This document shows positions 39,484 through 49,792 of a DNA stretch of 61,251 nucleotides, in pieces. The stretch lies in IMG/VR virus record IMGVR_UViG_3300029951_000031. One strand, written 5' to 3'. A program made the translations under genes and the position numbers. Position 1 is the first letter of the stretch. The number at the start of each line of letters is the position of its first letter. The notes beneath the pieces are model-generated. The model did not search any database. It was given only the letters and a program-made list of their open reading frames with translations, and was not told the DNA's origin. The DNA is from a virus.

Positions 39484-41401
39484 GGCCTATCGTGTCGCGG
39501 TAAAACTTTCGCTGGTCGAAACCGTGTCTGCGGGCCTGCTCGGGCTCTCGCGCCACTTCATGGCAGCGAACAAAAACGCGCAGCAACTCCAGCGCAGTAT
39601 AGGCCAAATCCAGAAGCTCATGATGGCCGGGGGCGCCATGGTGGGCGTGGGCGTTTTCGGGCTGAAGGCACTGCAGGCGCCGCTTGACGAAGCGAAGCGG
39701 TTCCAGACCGAACTCGCCAAATTCTCGCTCTATGGACTGGGCGAAAAGACGAACAACGAAGCGGCGCAATTCGCGAAAGCGATGAACGTCATGGGCTCGT
39801 CGGCGACTGAGAACATGAAGCTGATGACGGAGGCTCAGGGCGTCTTCCGGGAATCAGGATTGGGCGGATCGGCCGCACTTGAGGGCGCCAAGCTGGCGGC
39901 TCCGGTGCTCGCCAAGATCGCGTTCGCCACGTCTTCTATGGACGAGGACTCGAAGGCCAAATACCGCACGTCCTCGATGGACATGCTGCGCTTCATTGAA
40001 ATGCGCGGTGGACTCAAATCACCGACCGACTTCAACCGGATCGCGGACGAAGGCTGGAAAGCCATGCGCTCGTCGGGCGGCAACGTCGACTGGTCGCAAT
40101 ATCGCCAGTTCATGGCGCGCGGCGGCGTCGCGGCACAGGGCCTATCAGACGAAGCGCTGTTCGGCAAGCTTGAGCCGGTCATCGGTGAGATGAAGGGCAG
40201 CACAGCAGGCTTCTCGCTGCGCACCGCCTATAACCGACTGAACGGCATCATCCGTTTGCCGAATCAGGTCGCGCACGAACTCGCAAATTCGGGTGTGTGG
40301 GATAACAAACAGATCGATTGGAATAGCCAGGGCGGCATCAAGTCGTTCAAGGGCAATCCTCTCGTCAACCAGGCGCAGTTCGCGAGCGATCCGGTCGAGT
40401 TCTACGAGAAAACGATCAAGCCCATGTACGCGAAGCTCGGCATCGCCAGCCAAGCGCAGATCTCGCGCGAAAACGCGATGATCTTCGGCAGTACAGGTGG
40501 CGCGATGTTCTCGCTGATCGACCGGCAGTTGCCGAATATCCACGCTTCCGTGGAAGCTCAGCGCAAGACGCTCGGGATCGATGCGTCGGTGAAAGCCGCA
40601 GGCGGCACGCTGGACGGAAAGGAAGTGGATCTGCATGCGAAGTGGGCAAACCTGATGCTGCAGTTGGGTGACTCCGTTTTGCCGCTCGCAATCCGTGGTA
40701 TCACAGCACTGATCAGCACGATCAAGGGCATCACGCAGTTCGCCAAGGACAACCCCGGCCTGACAAAGTTTCTCGTACAAGGTCTCGCGATCTTTTCGGT
40801 GTTGTCGATCGCGGCTGGCGGCATTCTGCTGTTCCGCGGCGCGTTGCTCGCGATGTCGGTCGCCATGAGATTCACGGCCCCACTGTATTGGCTGGGCTTC
40901 ACCTTCGGACGCGTCGCCGGCATCGCGGTTGGCGCGTTCCGGATGCTCGCTCCTGCGATCATGTGGGTGGGCCGCGCGCTGCTGATGAACCCGATTGGCC
41001 TCACGCTGACGGCGATCGCTGGCGCTGCGTATTTGATCTATCGCAACTGGGATGTGATTGGACCGAAGGTGAAAGCTGTGTGGTCCGGTATCCAAACTGC
41101 ATTTGGCGCCTTGGTCGACTGGTTCTCGTCCAAGTGGGCGTGGTTCCGTAGCCTGCTGCCGGGCGGCGGAACCACCCAGGATCCTAGCGCCGCCCCGAGA
41201 GGGAATGGCCCGCTAGGAGGTGCACCCGCATTCGCAACCAAAGGCAAAAACGACGGGCTCGTCCATACCACGATCAACATCGACGGCAAGAAAGTAGCCC
41301 AAGCCGTGACTCCGTACATCGCGCAACAAACTGGACTCTCCACTAGCACGGGCGGCGTCGACACTGGCGTAAGTCTGCCGATGCCGGGACTGAAATACTG
41401 A
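39473..41401 (+). CDS. Tape measure protein
   Basis: 642 aa from the ATG at 39473. Helical and Gly/Ala-rich with hydrophobic central segments. Position before gpU/gpD-like genes. Confidence 0.8.
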   Translation: MAFEAYRVAVKLSLVETVSAGLLGLSRHFMAANKNAQQLQRSIGQIQKLMMAGGAMVGVGVFGLKALQAPLDEAKRFQTELAKFSLYGLGEKTNNEAAQFAKAMNVMGSSATENMKLMTEAQGVFRESGLGGSAALEGAKLAAPVLAKIAFATSSMDEDSKAKYRTSSMDMLRFIEMRGGLKSPTDFNRIADEGWKAMRSSGGNVDWSQYRQFMARGGVAAQGLSDEALFGKLEPVIGEMKGSTAGFSLRTAYNRLNGIIRLPNQVAHELANSGVWDNKQIDWNSQGGIKSFKGNPLVNQAQFASDPVEFYEKTIKPMYAKLGIASQAQISRENAMIFGSTGGAMFSLIDRQLPNIHASVEAQRKTLGIDASVKAAGGTLDGKEVDLHAKWANLMLQLGDSVLPLAIRGITALISTIKGITQFAKDNPGLTKFLVQGLAIFSVLSIAAGGILLFRGALLAMSVAMRFTAPLYWLGFTFGRVAGIAVGAFRMLAPAIMWVGRALLMNPIGLTLTAIAGAAYLIYRNWDVIGPKVKAVWSGIQTAFGALVDWFSSKWAWFRSLLPGGGTTQDPSAAPRGNGPLGGAPAFATKGKNDGLVHTTINIDGKKVAQAVTPYIAQQTGLSTSTGGVDTGVSLPMPGLKY

Positions 41402-41402
41402 T

Positions 41403-42365
41403 ATGACGACACTCACGCTGGGCGATTTCGTCTTTCAGGACATGGAGGTCCCCGAGTCCATCGGGTTCGGTGGCGATCAGCGGCTCGCGATCAAGAAGAT
41501 GATCGGCGGGGTGCGCGACATTCAGGCATTGGGACCGGATCCCCGTCCACTCGAATGGTCGGGGATCTTTTTCCCGACGCAAGATGGCCAATCGGCGCTT
41601 GATCGCGCGCTGACGCTCGAAGGCATGAAGAACGCGGCGCAGCCTATCGCGCTGTCGTGGGATGAGCTGTATCTGATGGTCTACATCAGGACGTTCGAGC
41701 CGGATTACCGGTTCGGCCGCATCCCGTACAAGATCGTTTGCGAGGTGCTGCAGGATCTCACGGCGCCCGTGTATGGGGATGCCGGCCCCGATGCGGACGA
41801 TCTAATCAATGGCGATCTGAATTCGGCGAATTCGCTGACGTCGAGCATTGGCGACAGCACGTTGTCCGGCCTCATGGGTACCGTATCGAGCGCGGTCGGT
41901 TCGGTGTCCACCTTTGTTGGCGCGTCGCTGAGCACGGTCGCGTCCGTCCTGCAGCCGATCAACGCTGCGGCCCAGCGCGTGAGCGCGCTCATCACGTCGA
42001 CCGATGCAACGCTCGCGAGCGTCGGCGTGCCGGCCGGTGTGTTGCCTTCGGTGCCGATCCTGGCGAACGTCGCGGTCTTCACGTCGCAACTCAACGCGTC
42101 CGGGTTGCAGCCGCAATTGCTTCAAGTGAGCGGGCTGCTCGGGCGCATGTCGACCAACCTCGGCCAGATCAATTCGAGCGGCCGGACAATCACGGTCGGC
42201 GGCGGCAACCTGTTCGATATCGCGGCGAAACAGTATGGCGACCCGAGCGCATGGACGCAGATTGCGCAGGCGAACAACCTGAGCGATCCGACGCTTGCCG
42301 GTATCTCGACGCTTATCATCCCGCCGTATAACAACGGCACCAGTGGCGGCATCCTCAGTTCCTAA
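41403..42365 (+). CDS. gpU-like tail protein fused to a LysM (gpX-like) domain
   Basis: 320 aa. N-terminal LGDFVFQ...VPESIGF...QALGPDPRPLEWSGIFFP (P2 GpU pattern). C-terminal ITVGGGNLFDIAAKQYGDPSAWTQIAQANNL (LysM). Confidence 0.65.
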   Translation: MTTLTLGDFVFQDMEVPESIGFGGDQRLAIKKMIGGVRDIQALGPDPRPLEWSGIFFPTQDGQSALDRALTLEGMKNAAQPIALSWDELYLMVYIRTFEPDYRFGRIPYKIVCEVLQDLTAPVYGDAGPDADDLINGDLNSANSLTSSIGDSTLSGLMGTVSSAVGSVSTFVGASLSTVASVLQPINAAAQRVSALITSTDATLASVGVPAGVLPSVPILANVAVFTSQLNASGLQPQLLQVSGLLGRMSTNLGQINSSGRTITVGGGNLFDIAAKQYGDPSAWTQIAQANNLSDPTLAGISTLIIPPYNNGTSGGILSS

Positions 42366-42371
42366 AGCGCT

Positions 42372-43490
42372 ATGACTGCATTTCTGACTCCGACCGGGCG
42401 GCAACCGCGCGGGGCGGTGAAGGTCAATGGCGAGCTGATTACGGGGTGGATCGATTTCGAGCTCGATAACAACAGCTTCTACTCGGCCGACACCTTTCGC
42501 TGCAGGTTTGCTGGCGGGCTGCTGCCGACCGACCGTAATGCGGCATGGTTCTCGCAGCAGCAAGACATGTTTGTCGAGTTGTTCATCGGCTTCCCGTCTG
42601 ACCCGTCGAATTACAGCGCGTCCGATCTTCAAAGCTGGATTTACGGACAGGTCGACCACATCGAGATTGACCCGGTCACGTACACGATCGAAGTCGACGG
42701 GCGAGACCTGACGCGCGTGTTTATTGACGCGAAGACCACGCAGAAGTGGCCGAATCAGACGTCGAGCCAGATTGCGACCGCGCTTGCGCAAAAGCACAGC
42801 CTGACGCCGGTCGTCACCGCGACCACGACCATGGTCGGCAAGTATTACGAGATCGACCACGTCAACATGGCCGATGAGCGCTCGGAGTGGGACATCCTGA
42901 ACTACCTGGCAGACCTCGAAGGATTCAAGGTCTGGGTGCGCGGCCAGTCGCTCTATTTTCAGCCGGCGCCAGTTCCCGCCAACACGACGCCTTATCAAAT
43001 TGTCTATCAGGTTGCCACGACGAGCAGCGGGCCGAAGGCCAACTTCGAAAACCTGAAGATGCAGCGCGCGCTCACAGTCTCGCGCGGCATTCAGGTCAAG
43101 GTTCGCTCGTGGAACAAGAAGTTTGCGAAGGGCTTCACGGTCGCGTATCCGACGAGCGCCAAAACGATCAAGGTCGGATCGTCCTCGATTGGAGCCGGCG
43201 GCCAAGTCTATTCGAAGACCGTCGCCAACCTGACGCAGGACCAGGCGCTGCAAGCGGCGCAGAACTGGTACAAGCAGCTCGTCGCGCATGAGATGAAGCT
43301 TGAAGGGCTCACGATGCCGGGCGACAACGATCTGGACATCACCTCGATCATCCAGTTCGGCGGCACCGGCACGGCGTTCGATCAGCAATATTTCCCCGAC
43401 AACATCAATCGTTCCATGAGCTTCGATGGCGGCTACTCAATGACGGTCACCGCCAAGAACCATGCGCCCGACTCGCAGGTGGTCGTATGA
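42372..43490 (+). CDS. gpD-like late control/baseplate hub protein
   Basis: 372 aa; SEWDILNYLADLEGFKVWVRG and the overall P2 gpD / Mu gp44 pattern. Confidence 0.7.
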   Translation: MTAFLTPTGRQPRGAVKVNGELITGWIDFELDNNSFYSADTFRCRFAGGLLPTDRNAAWFSQQQDMFVELFIGFPSDPSNYSASDLQSWIYGQVDHIEIDPVTYTIEVDGRDLTRVFIDAKTTQKWPNQTSSQIATALAQKHSLTPVVTATTTMVGKYYEIDHVNMADERSEWDILNYLADLEGFKVWVRGQSLYFQPAPVPANTTPYQIVYQVATTSSGPKANFENLKMQRALTVSRGIQVKVRSWNKKFAKGFTVAYPTSAKTIKVGSSSIGAGGQVYSKTVANLTQDQALQAAQNWYKQLVAHEMKLEGLTMPGDNDLDITSIIQFGGTGTAFDQQYFPDNINRSMSFDGGYSMTVTAKNHAPDSQVVV

Positions 43491-44188
43491 GGGGCGCACA
43501 CGCACTATCGAATGCGATCCGCCAGCAGGCGCGCATGTCGACGAACGACTACTCGCTGCCGCGGCTCGCGACCATCACCAGTTACGACGCATCGAATCAC
43601 GCGGTCAAGGTGCAGTTGCAGCCGGTTGACCCTGAACTTGGCCCGCAGGAATCGAACTGGATGCCGCTGGGCGCGATCGGGATTGGTGGTGGCTGGGGCG
43701 TCGCGGTCGGCCCGCAGATCAACGATCAGGTGCTGGTCGTCTACGAAAACGGAGACTTCAGTTCCGGTTGCATCGTCGGGCGTTATTTTTCCGTCGCGCA
43801 GCAGGCCATCGCGGTGCCGAGCGGCGAGATTTGGGCGGTTCACCAGACGGGCAGCTTCGTGAAGCTTGTCACGAATGGCGATATCGACGTGAACACCGCC
43901 GGCAACCTGAATGCGACGGTGACCGGAAACATGACGGCGAATGTGACGGGGAATTCAAGCACGACGGCCACGAATGCCAGTGTGACGGCTTCTGGCACAG
44001 CGACCATCACGGCGCCAGCAATCAAGATGGGCGCAACCGGTCAAACGCTTCTTCAGTTCGTTACCTCGGCGATGGTTGCCTTCTTCAATAGCCATACGCA
44101 CACGTCTGAAACACCGGGCACGCCGACGAGCATTCCGAACCAGACAATGGGCAGTGGGCAGCTTACCTCTACCGTATCAGGCGGCTAG
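43487..44188 (+). CDS. Baseplate spike protein (gpV-like)
   Basis: 233 aa. OB-like N-domain, beta-helix repeats NATVTGNMTANVTGNSSTTATNASVTASG, and HTHTS near the tip. Confidence 0.7.
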   Translation: MRGAHALSNAIRQQARMSTNDYSLPRLATITSYDASNHAVKVQLQPVDPELGPQESNWMPLGAIGIGGGWGVAVGPQINDQVLVVYENGDFSSGCIVGRYFSVAQQAIAVPSGEIWAVHQTGSFVKLVTNGDIDVNTAGNLNATVTGNMTANVTGNSSTTATNASVTASGTATITAPAIKMGATGQTLLQFVTSAMVAFFNSHTHTSETPGTPTSIPNQTMGSGQLTSTVSGG

Positions 44189-44286
44189 TACGCAATCCGA
44201 AGTAACTGAGCTAAAATAGCGGAAGCCGGCAGTGCTACCAACACGTGCCGGCTCCCTGACCAACCACCGTTCTCGGAGAACGACAG

Positions 44287-45017
44287 ATGGCTGATGACGA
44301 TCATATCACGCGTGTTTGTAAGGATTGTGGCGAAGAAAAGCCGCTGAACGGCTTCTATACGTACAAGTCCGGGCGTAACACCGGGAAGCCTTACAGTAAC
44401 TGCAAGGTATGTCGCAATGCAAAAGGCGCGGCGTGGCGCAAAGAAAATCCCGAAAAGTCTCTCGCATACACACAAAAGTGGATAGAGAAGAACCGAGATG
44501 CCGTCGACGCCTATAAGCGCGAATATATGGCGCGGTACCGCGTCGATAAGCATGAGGTATGCGCGAATGGATGAGGGAGAATAGACCCCGCCTAAGGGAA
44601 TATGACAGGGAGTATAGGCGCAAGAATCTTGAGATTGAGCGCGTGCGAGATAGGATGCGCTATGCAAAGCGCAAAGAACATTTCGCTGCGACTGCCCGCG
44701 AATGGCGCAAGAATAATAAAGAGCGTCACGCCCTGAACCAACGAGTGAATGGGCATAAGCGCAGAGCAAGAATGCGCAATGTGCCGGGTGTCATTACTGC
44801 CGCAGATATCAAGTTCCTAATCGGAAAGCAGCGAGGGAAGTGCCCTGTATGCCGAAAGAAATTGGGCAAAAAATACCACCTAGACCATATTGTTCCTCTG
44901 GTAAAAGGTGGCACGAATGAATTAACAAACGCTCAGTTGCTGCACCCAATATGCAACTGTAGCAAGCAAGCCAGAGATCCAATCGAATTCATGCAGTCGC
45001 GAGGTTTCCTCTTATAG
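44287..45017 (+). pseudogene. HNH endonuclease split by a frameshift (ORFs 44287..44574 and 44559..45017)
   Basis: ORF1 has the CKDC...CKVC zinc ribbon and W..ENPEK repeat. ORF2 has further repeats plus CPVC...LDHIVP...N...HPICN (HNH). Together they mirror the 31461 gene. The 16-nt overlap has no slippery motif. Confidence 0.6.
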
Positions 45018-45037
45018 GAAGCCCCCTCACACAATCA

Positions 45038-45062
45038 AGCCCGCCATGCGCGGGCTTTTTTA
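45038..45062 (+). terminator. Rho-independent terminator
   Basis: AGCCCGC-catgc-GCGGGCT followed by TTTTTTATT. Confidence 0.75.
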
Positions 45063-45076
45063 TTGCCATCGAATTT

Positions 45077-45478
45077 ATGCCAGACGTTATGCATTGGTAC
45101 GGCGGCGACCTTTCGGCGTCCGCTTCGGGCGACCTATTGCTCGCCGATCAGCCTACGACTGGAACGCAGCGCGTCTATCGCCGCCTGCTGACCAATCCGG
45201 CACTTTCGGATTCGGCCGGCAACCCAGTCGCATCGCCCGATTACACCTGGCATCCGACCTACGGCGCGGGCGTGCCGCGCAAGGTGGGCTCGCCAGGCAA
45301 CGTGCCGGTGACGCGCGCCCTGATTCGCGGGCAGATGTTGCTTGAATCAGCCGTTGCTCGACAGCCAGCGCCGTCGATCACGCTCACGCAGGTACAAGGC
45401 GCGGTGAGTTCGTACATCCAGTACACGGACGCCAACACGGCGACGCCTCAATTTGTTGAATTCGACGTGTCCAACTAA
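45077..45478 (+). CDS. Baseplate wedge protein (gpW/gp25-like)
   Basis: 133 aa, lying between the spike and gpJ-like genes. Confidence 0.55.
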   Translation: MPDVMHWYGGDLSASASGDLLLADQPTTGTQRVYRRLLTNPALSDSAGNPVASPDYTWHPTYGAGVPRKVGSPGNVPVTRALIRGQMLLESAVARQPAPSITLTQVQGAVSSYIQYTDANTATPQFVEFDVSN

Positions 45479-46590
45479 TGGCAAACCTCAATACCCAATC
45501 GTTCTCGGCGATCGTCTCGAACTTCGCGACAGCAGTCCAAGGCGCGGCTTCGAGCCTGATTGATTTTACGATTGGCTCGGTGCTGCGCGCGATTAGTGAG
45601 GCCGTCGCGGGAGTGTGCCTCTGGATTCAAGGTTTGATCCTGCAATTGCTGGCGACGACACGCCTGTCAACGTCCAGTGGAACCGATGTAGACACGTTCG
45701 TTGCTGATTTCGGTTTGACCCGTGAGGCGGCCGTATCAGCCATCGGGCAAGTCACGTTCTCGCGCTTCACGCCGACCAATGCGGCCACGATCCCGCTGGG
45801 CGCGCTGGTGCAGACAGCAGATGGCACACAGCCTTTCGCGGTAGTGGCAGACCCGACGCAAGCCTACTGGAATGCAACGGCGAATGCCTATGTGATACCC
45901 GCGACCATTTCGAGCGGCTTGGTCACTGTGCAAGCTCAAAATTCCGGAGCGCAAGGTAATGTCAGCGCTGGCGCGATATCTGTGCTCGGCACCGCTATTC
46001 CCGGTATTGACTATGTCAGTAATGCCAACGCATTTTCCAGTGGCGTCAATGCGGAATCGGACACGGCCCTGAAGGCGCGCTTTGCGCTCTACATTCAGGG
46101 TTTGCGCGAGGGCACCAAGAGCGCAGTTGCTGCCGCCATTGCCGGATTGCAGCAGGGCATTCAGTACACGCTCACCGAGAACCAGACACTGGCCGGCGCC
46201 ACGCAACTCGGCTTTTTCTATGTCGTGATTTCGCCATTTACGACGCCGCTACAAACGGCTGTCTACGCGGCAATTGATGCGATCCGCCCGCTGAGCGTGA
46301 CTTTCGCGGTTTATGCCGCATCGAACCTGACGGCCAACGTCACGGCGACGGTAACCGTCCAGTCTGGCTACACGCATGCCACCGTCGCGGCTGCCATCCA
46401 ATCTGCCATTCAGGCGTTCATCGCCACTATCCAGATTGGGCAGACGCTCTATTGGTCGCAACTATACGCCGTCGCATATGGCGTGGCCGGCGTGCAGGAG
46501 GCCACTGCGCTCCAGATCAATGGCGCCACATCTGACCTCGTAGCGACTTCGCAGCAGGCAATTGTGGTGGGGACGGTGGTGATTTCATGA
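45478..46590 (+). CDS. Baseplate J-like protein
   Basis: 370 aa; called on size, position and the general gpJ pattern. Confidence 0.65.
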   Translation: MANLNTQSFSAIVSNFATAVQGAASSLIDFTIGSVLRAISEAVAGVCLWIQGLILQLLATTRLSTSSGTDVDTFVADFGLTREAAVSAIGQVTFSRFTPTNAATIPLGALVQTADGTQPFAVVADPTQAYWNATANAYVIPATISSGLVTVQAQNSGAQGNVSAGAISVLGTAIPGIDYVSNANAFSSGVNAESDTALKARFALYIQGLREGTKSAVAAAIAGLQQGIQYTLTENQTLAGATQLGFFYVVISPFTTPLQTAVYAAIDAIRPLSVTFAVYAASNLTANVTATVTVQSGYTHATVAAAIQSAIQAFIATIQIGQTLYWSQLYAVAYGVAGVQEATALQINGATSDLVATSQQAIVVGTVVIS

Positions 46591-47252
46591 CGGGTGATCA
46601 GAACGATATCGTTTCGCGCCTGCAGTCTTACCTGCCTCGCGGCTGGTTTGGCGATCTCACTCAGGCACCCAACCTCAACGCGGTCCTGCAGGGGGCGGCA
46701 TGGGGGCTTTCCAGCCAGTATGCGTTGCTGACCTTCGCGGGCTTGCAGACGCGAATTAAGACGGCCACCGGCGGCTGGCTCGACCTCATCTCGAATGACT
46801 TTTTCGGGACAGGCCTGCCGCGACTGCCGAACGAGACAGATGGCGCATTTCAGGCGCGCATTCTCGCCAACCTGTTTATCAAGGGGCCGACAAGAGCCAA
46901 CATGTCGGCGGTCCTGACCCTGATCACAGGGCGCGCTCCGACCATCTTCGAGCCCAGCAATACGACCGACTCGGGCGGGTGGGACGCGCAATTCTATTGG
47001 GATACAGGCGTCGGGCGGTGGGGCGACCCACTGCCTTACCAATCGCTTATCACCGCGTATCGGCCTACTGGTGGGCTGCAATCGCTGATGGAATGGGACA
47101 CTTATCGGATGGCTTTCGACGCCTACGGATACTGGTCTGATTCACAAGCGACCAGCGTTACCGACGCCGCAATCATCGCTGCCGTCGAATCTACACGGGC
47201 AGTTGGCACCGTAGTCTGGCTCCGGATAGCGAACAACCCCATCACGCCGTAA
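46587..47252 (+). CDS. Baseplate/tail protein (gpI / Mu gp48-like)
   Basis: 221 aa; follows gpJ with an overlapping junction. Confidence 0.55.
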   Translation: MTGDQNDIVSRLQSYLPRGWFGDLTQAPNLNAVLQGAAWGLSSQYALLTFAGLQTRIKTATGGWLDLISNDFFGTGLPRLPNETDGAFQARILANLFIKGPTRANMSAVLTLITGRAPTIFEPSNTTDSGGWDAQFYWDTGVGRWGDPLPYQSLITAYRPTGGLQSLMEWDTYRMAFDAYGYWSDSQATSVTDAAIIAAVESTRAVGTVVWLRIANNPITP

Positions 47253-47271
47253 TCCCCGCACACATTGATCC

Positions 47272-47300
47272 AGCCGCCTTCGGGCGGCTTTTCTCATTTA
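47272..47300 (+). terminator. Rho-independent terminator
   Basis: AGCCGCC-TTCG-GGCGGCT followed by TTTTCTCATTT. Confidence 0.7.
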
Positions 47301-47310
47301 CAGGACCGAA

Positions 47311-49350
47311 ATGGACCGCCCAATTATTTACACGCAGGAACAAGGCCGCAGCACCGACTTCCTGTTCGGCATGCGCTCGGCCATGATCGGGCTGGCGAAA
47401 CTATCGAGCGCGGTGTTGGGCGCTAATACGCTCGCTCACGGCTTCGCCTGTACGCCCAATTCGCCTGCCGCGCTGAATGTCTTGGTAGGCTTGGGAGAGA
47501 TCTACTCGCTGGCGGAGGTTGACAGCACGGCATATGGCGTATTGCCTCCCGATACCTCTGACGTTGTCCTGAAACAAGGGATTCAGCTCAGCACGACGAC
47601 GCTCTCTTGCCCGGCACCTACGACGAGCGGATTTTCGGTCAATTTTCTGATCGAAGCGACCTATCAAGATAGTGATACGACCCAAGTCGTGCTGCCGTAC
47701 TTCAACAGCGCCAACGTATCGCAGCCGCTCAACGGCCCCGGCGGTCTGGGCGGCTCGAATGCTACGGAGCGCCAGGGTATCGTCGTCCTGCAGGCCAAAG
47801 CCGGCACCCCAGCAACCACCGGCACGCAAACGACGCCCGCACCTGACTCGGGGTATGTCGGCCTGTGGGTAGTGACCGTCGCGTTTGGCGCAACCACGAT
47901 CACGTCCGGCAACATATCCCAATATTCGAGCGCGCCGTTTATCACGAACATCCTGCAAATGTTGCAGACGGGCTCCGCGATCTATGCAGTGGATACGAGC
48001 GCTGCAGCTAACACTGTCACGCTCGCGCTTACGCCTCCCGTCACCACCTATACCGACGGTCAGCCGATCCGTTTCAAAGTCGCGAACTCCAACACGGGGG
48101 CGGTCACTCTTAATGCGGGTGGCGGCAACATCTCGCTCACTGGCGCGGTCGGCGCGCTCCAGGGCGGAGAGTTGATCGCGCTCAAGCAATATGAGGCGAT
48201 CTACAGCACGGCTACGGGCACCGCTATTCTCATCGGTCAATCTGCTGGCGCCCTTCAAGTCGCCCCCGCTACCGCCAGCCAGCATGCAGCACAGATGGGC
48301 CAGGTTCAAACTGGATCCGGCACTGCCGGCGTAGATACCGGTGCCGCAAACGCCTATGTGGCCGCATTGGCACCCGCAATCACCACGCCGACGCCAGGCG
48401 CCCCGATCTGGATCAAGATCGCGCACACGAATACCGGCGCATCCACTCTCAATCTAACCGGTACCGCCTTCCCGATTTTGGGGTCGGCCCATGCAGCACT
48501 GCAAGGCGGCGAGTTGTTTGCAACCGGCTGGGCGCTGTTTGTCTGGAACGCGACCCTGACGAGTTGGGTGCTGATCGAGTGTACCGGCGCGCCGGTCCAG
48601 GTCTCCGTGGCAGCGCAAAGTGAGCAAGCCGTTCAACTCGGTCAATTAGCGGCGGGAACAAACTTGACCACTGTTGCCGCACTTGACAACAGCACGAAAA
48701 TGGCAACGACAGGTTTTGTTAAAGCCAATGGCGTATCATTTTCAACGATCACACTAATTGGAGCATCCCGCACTTTAACTGCCGCTGATTTGGGGGCGAA
48801 ATTAATATTTAATAGCAGCAGCACGCTGACGATTCCCACGCCGACAAGTATTGGAGCACGTGTCGGCGATGCCGTACTCATATCTAATTTCGGTGCAAAT
48901 GTCGCAAATGTCGCATTTTCTGGGTCGACTTACACGTACAGCACATCCGGTCAAAGTGCATCGATTTCTCCGCTTGCCGGGGAGAGTTTGCTGTTGATCG
49001 CAGAATCGACCACCGCTTGGGAAGTAGGCTCATCTACCGCCGGTATGTCCAATCTTGGTTCGTTTAACGCGTCGATCTCCACAAATGGTTATTTCAAACT
49101 GCCAAGCGGGGTGATCATTCAAAATTTCCAGGCGACCACGGGGACTGGGGGGAGTGTTAGTAGTACGTTTCCTATTGCATTCCCCACAGCTGTATATGCA
49201 ATTTATGCCACTAGTCTAACAGTTGGCGCACAAGCATGCGTGTCCGCAGAAGGCTTAACGGTTTCGACATTCGAAGTTTTCGCAGTCAATCCGAGTACCG
49301 GCGGCGGTCTATCAGGTCAAAGCATTGGTCTTTTGGCAATTGGAAAATAA
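47311..49350 (+). CDS. Tail fibre protein
   Basis: 679 aa. Gly/Thr/Ala-rich repeats, and an LDNSTKMATTGFV junction motif at about 48681..48720 followed by an AT-richer distal domain. Confidence 0.75.
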   Translation: MDRPIIYTQEQGRSTDFLFGMRSAMIGLAKLSSAVLGANTLAHGFACTPNSPAALNVLVGLGEIYSLAEVDSTAYGVLPPDTSDVVLKQGIQLSTTTLSCPAPTTSGFSVNFLIEATYQDSDTTQVVLPYFNSANVSQPLNGPGGLGGSNATERQGIVVLQAKAGTPATTGTQTTPAPDSGYVGLWVVTVAFGATTITSGNISQYSSAPFITNILQMLQTGSAIYAVDTSAAANTVTLALTPPVTTYTDGQPIRFKVANSNTGAVTLNAGGGNISLTGAVGALQGGELIALKQYEAIYSTATGTAILIGQSAGALQVAPATASQHAAQMGQVQTGSGTAGVDTGAANAYVAALAPAITTPTPGAPIWIKIAHTNTGASTLNLTGTAFPILGSAHAALQGGELFATGWALFVWNATLTSWVLIECTGAPVQVSVAAQSEQAVQLGQLAAGTNLTTVAALDNSTKMATTGFVKANGVSFSTITLIGASRTLTAADLGAKLIFNSSSTLTIPTPTSIGARVGDAVLISNFGANVANVAFSGSTYTYSTSGQSASISPLAGESLLLIAESTTAWEVGSSTAGMSNLGSFNASISTNGYFKLPSGVIIQNFQATTGTGGSVSSTFPIAFPTAVYAIYATSLTVGAQACVSAEGLTVSTFEVFAVNPSTGGGLSGQSIGLLAIGK

Positions 49351-49359
49351 AGAGGGCTC

Positions 49360-49791
49360 ATGATGGGACAAAAATTTGCAGCATATAACGCATCAGGAGT
49401 TGTTGTTGGCTACTACGATGACGTGGATAGTCCGGTACCATCCGGCGTGAGCGCGATTGCTATCAGCGATGCCGAATGGCAATCGGCTTATGCCGCACAA
49501 CCCCCCTACACAGTCAGCAATGGGGTTTTGCAATCCCCGAGCAGCGGCGATATCGCCGCTCACACAAACGCATTGGCCGTTGCCGCAATGCAGCAATCTG
49601 CTATTTCTGCATTGTTTGATACACGGGTAACATTAGAGCGAATCAACGAAGGTGTGTCACTCGGCACTTGCAGTTTCACGAACGCCGATGTGATTACATT
49701 CATGACGTATCGCAAAGCATTGCGCGAACTGTGCACTAATTCTACACTAACCACTTTGCCCATCAAACCACCATTCCCCGCTGGCACATAA
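49360..49791 (+). CDS. Tail fibre assembly chaperone
   Basis: 143 aa directly after the fibre gene. Confidence 0.55.
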   Translation: MMGQKFAAYNASGVVVGYYDDVDSPVPSGVSAIAISDAEWQSAYAAQPPYTVSNGVLQSPSSGDIAAHTNALAVAAMQQSAISALFDTRVTLERINEGVSLGTCSFTNADVITFMTYRKALRELCTNSTLTTLPIKPPFPAGT

Positions 49792-49792
49792 T

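Noticed and set aside
41802-43388. A 528-aa minus-strand ORF, the longest antisense ORF in the window
   Set aside because: It lies antisense to well-supported gpU-like and gpD-like genes. Its translation is Arg/Asp/Gly/Ala-rich and low in complexity, typical of a shadow frame in GC-rich DNA, and it has no SD or operon context.
44553-44574. Programmed ribosomal frameshifting joining the two HNH ORFs
   Set aside because: The 16-nt overlap has no slippery heptamer or homopolymer and no obvious downstream stimulatory structure. A simple indel (or a sequencing error) is more parsimonious.
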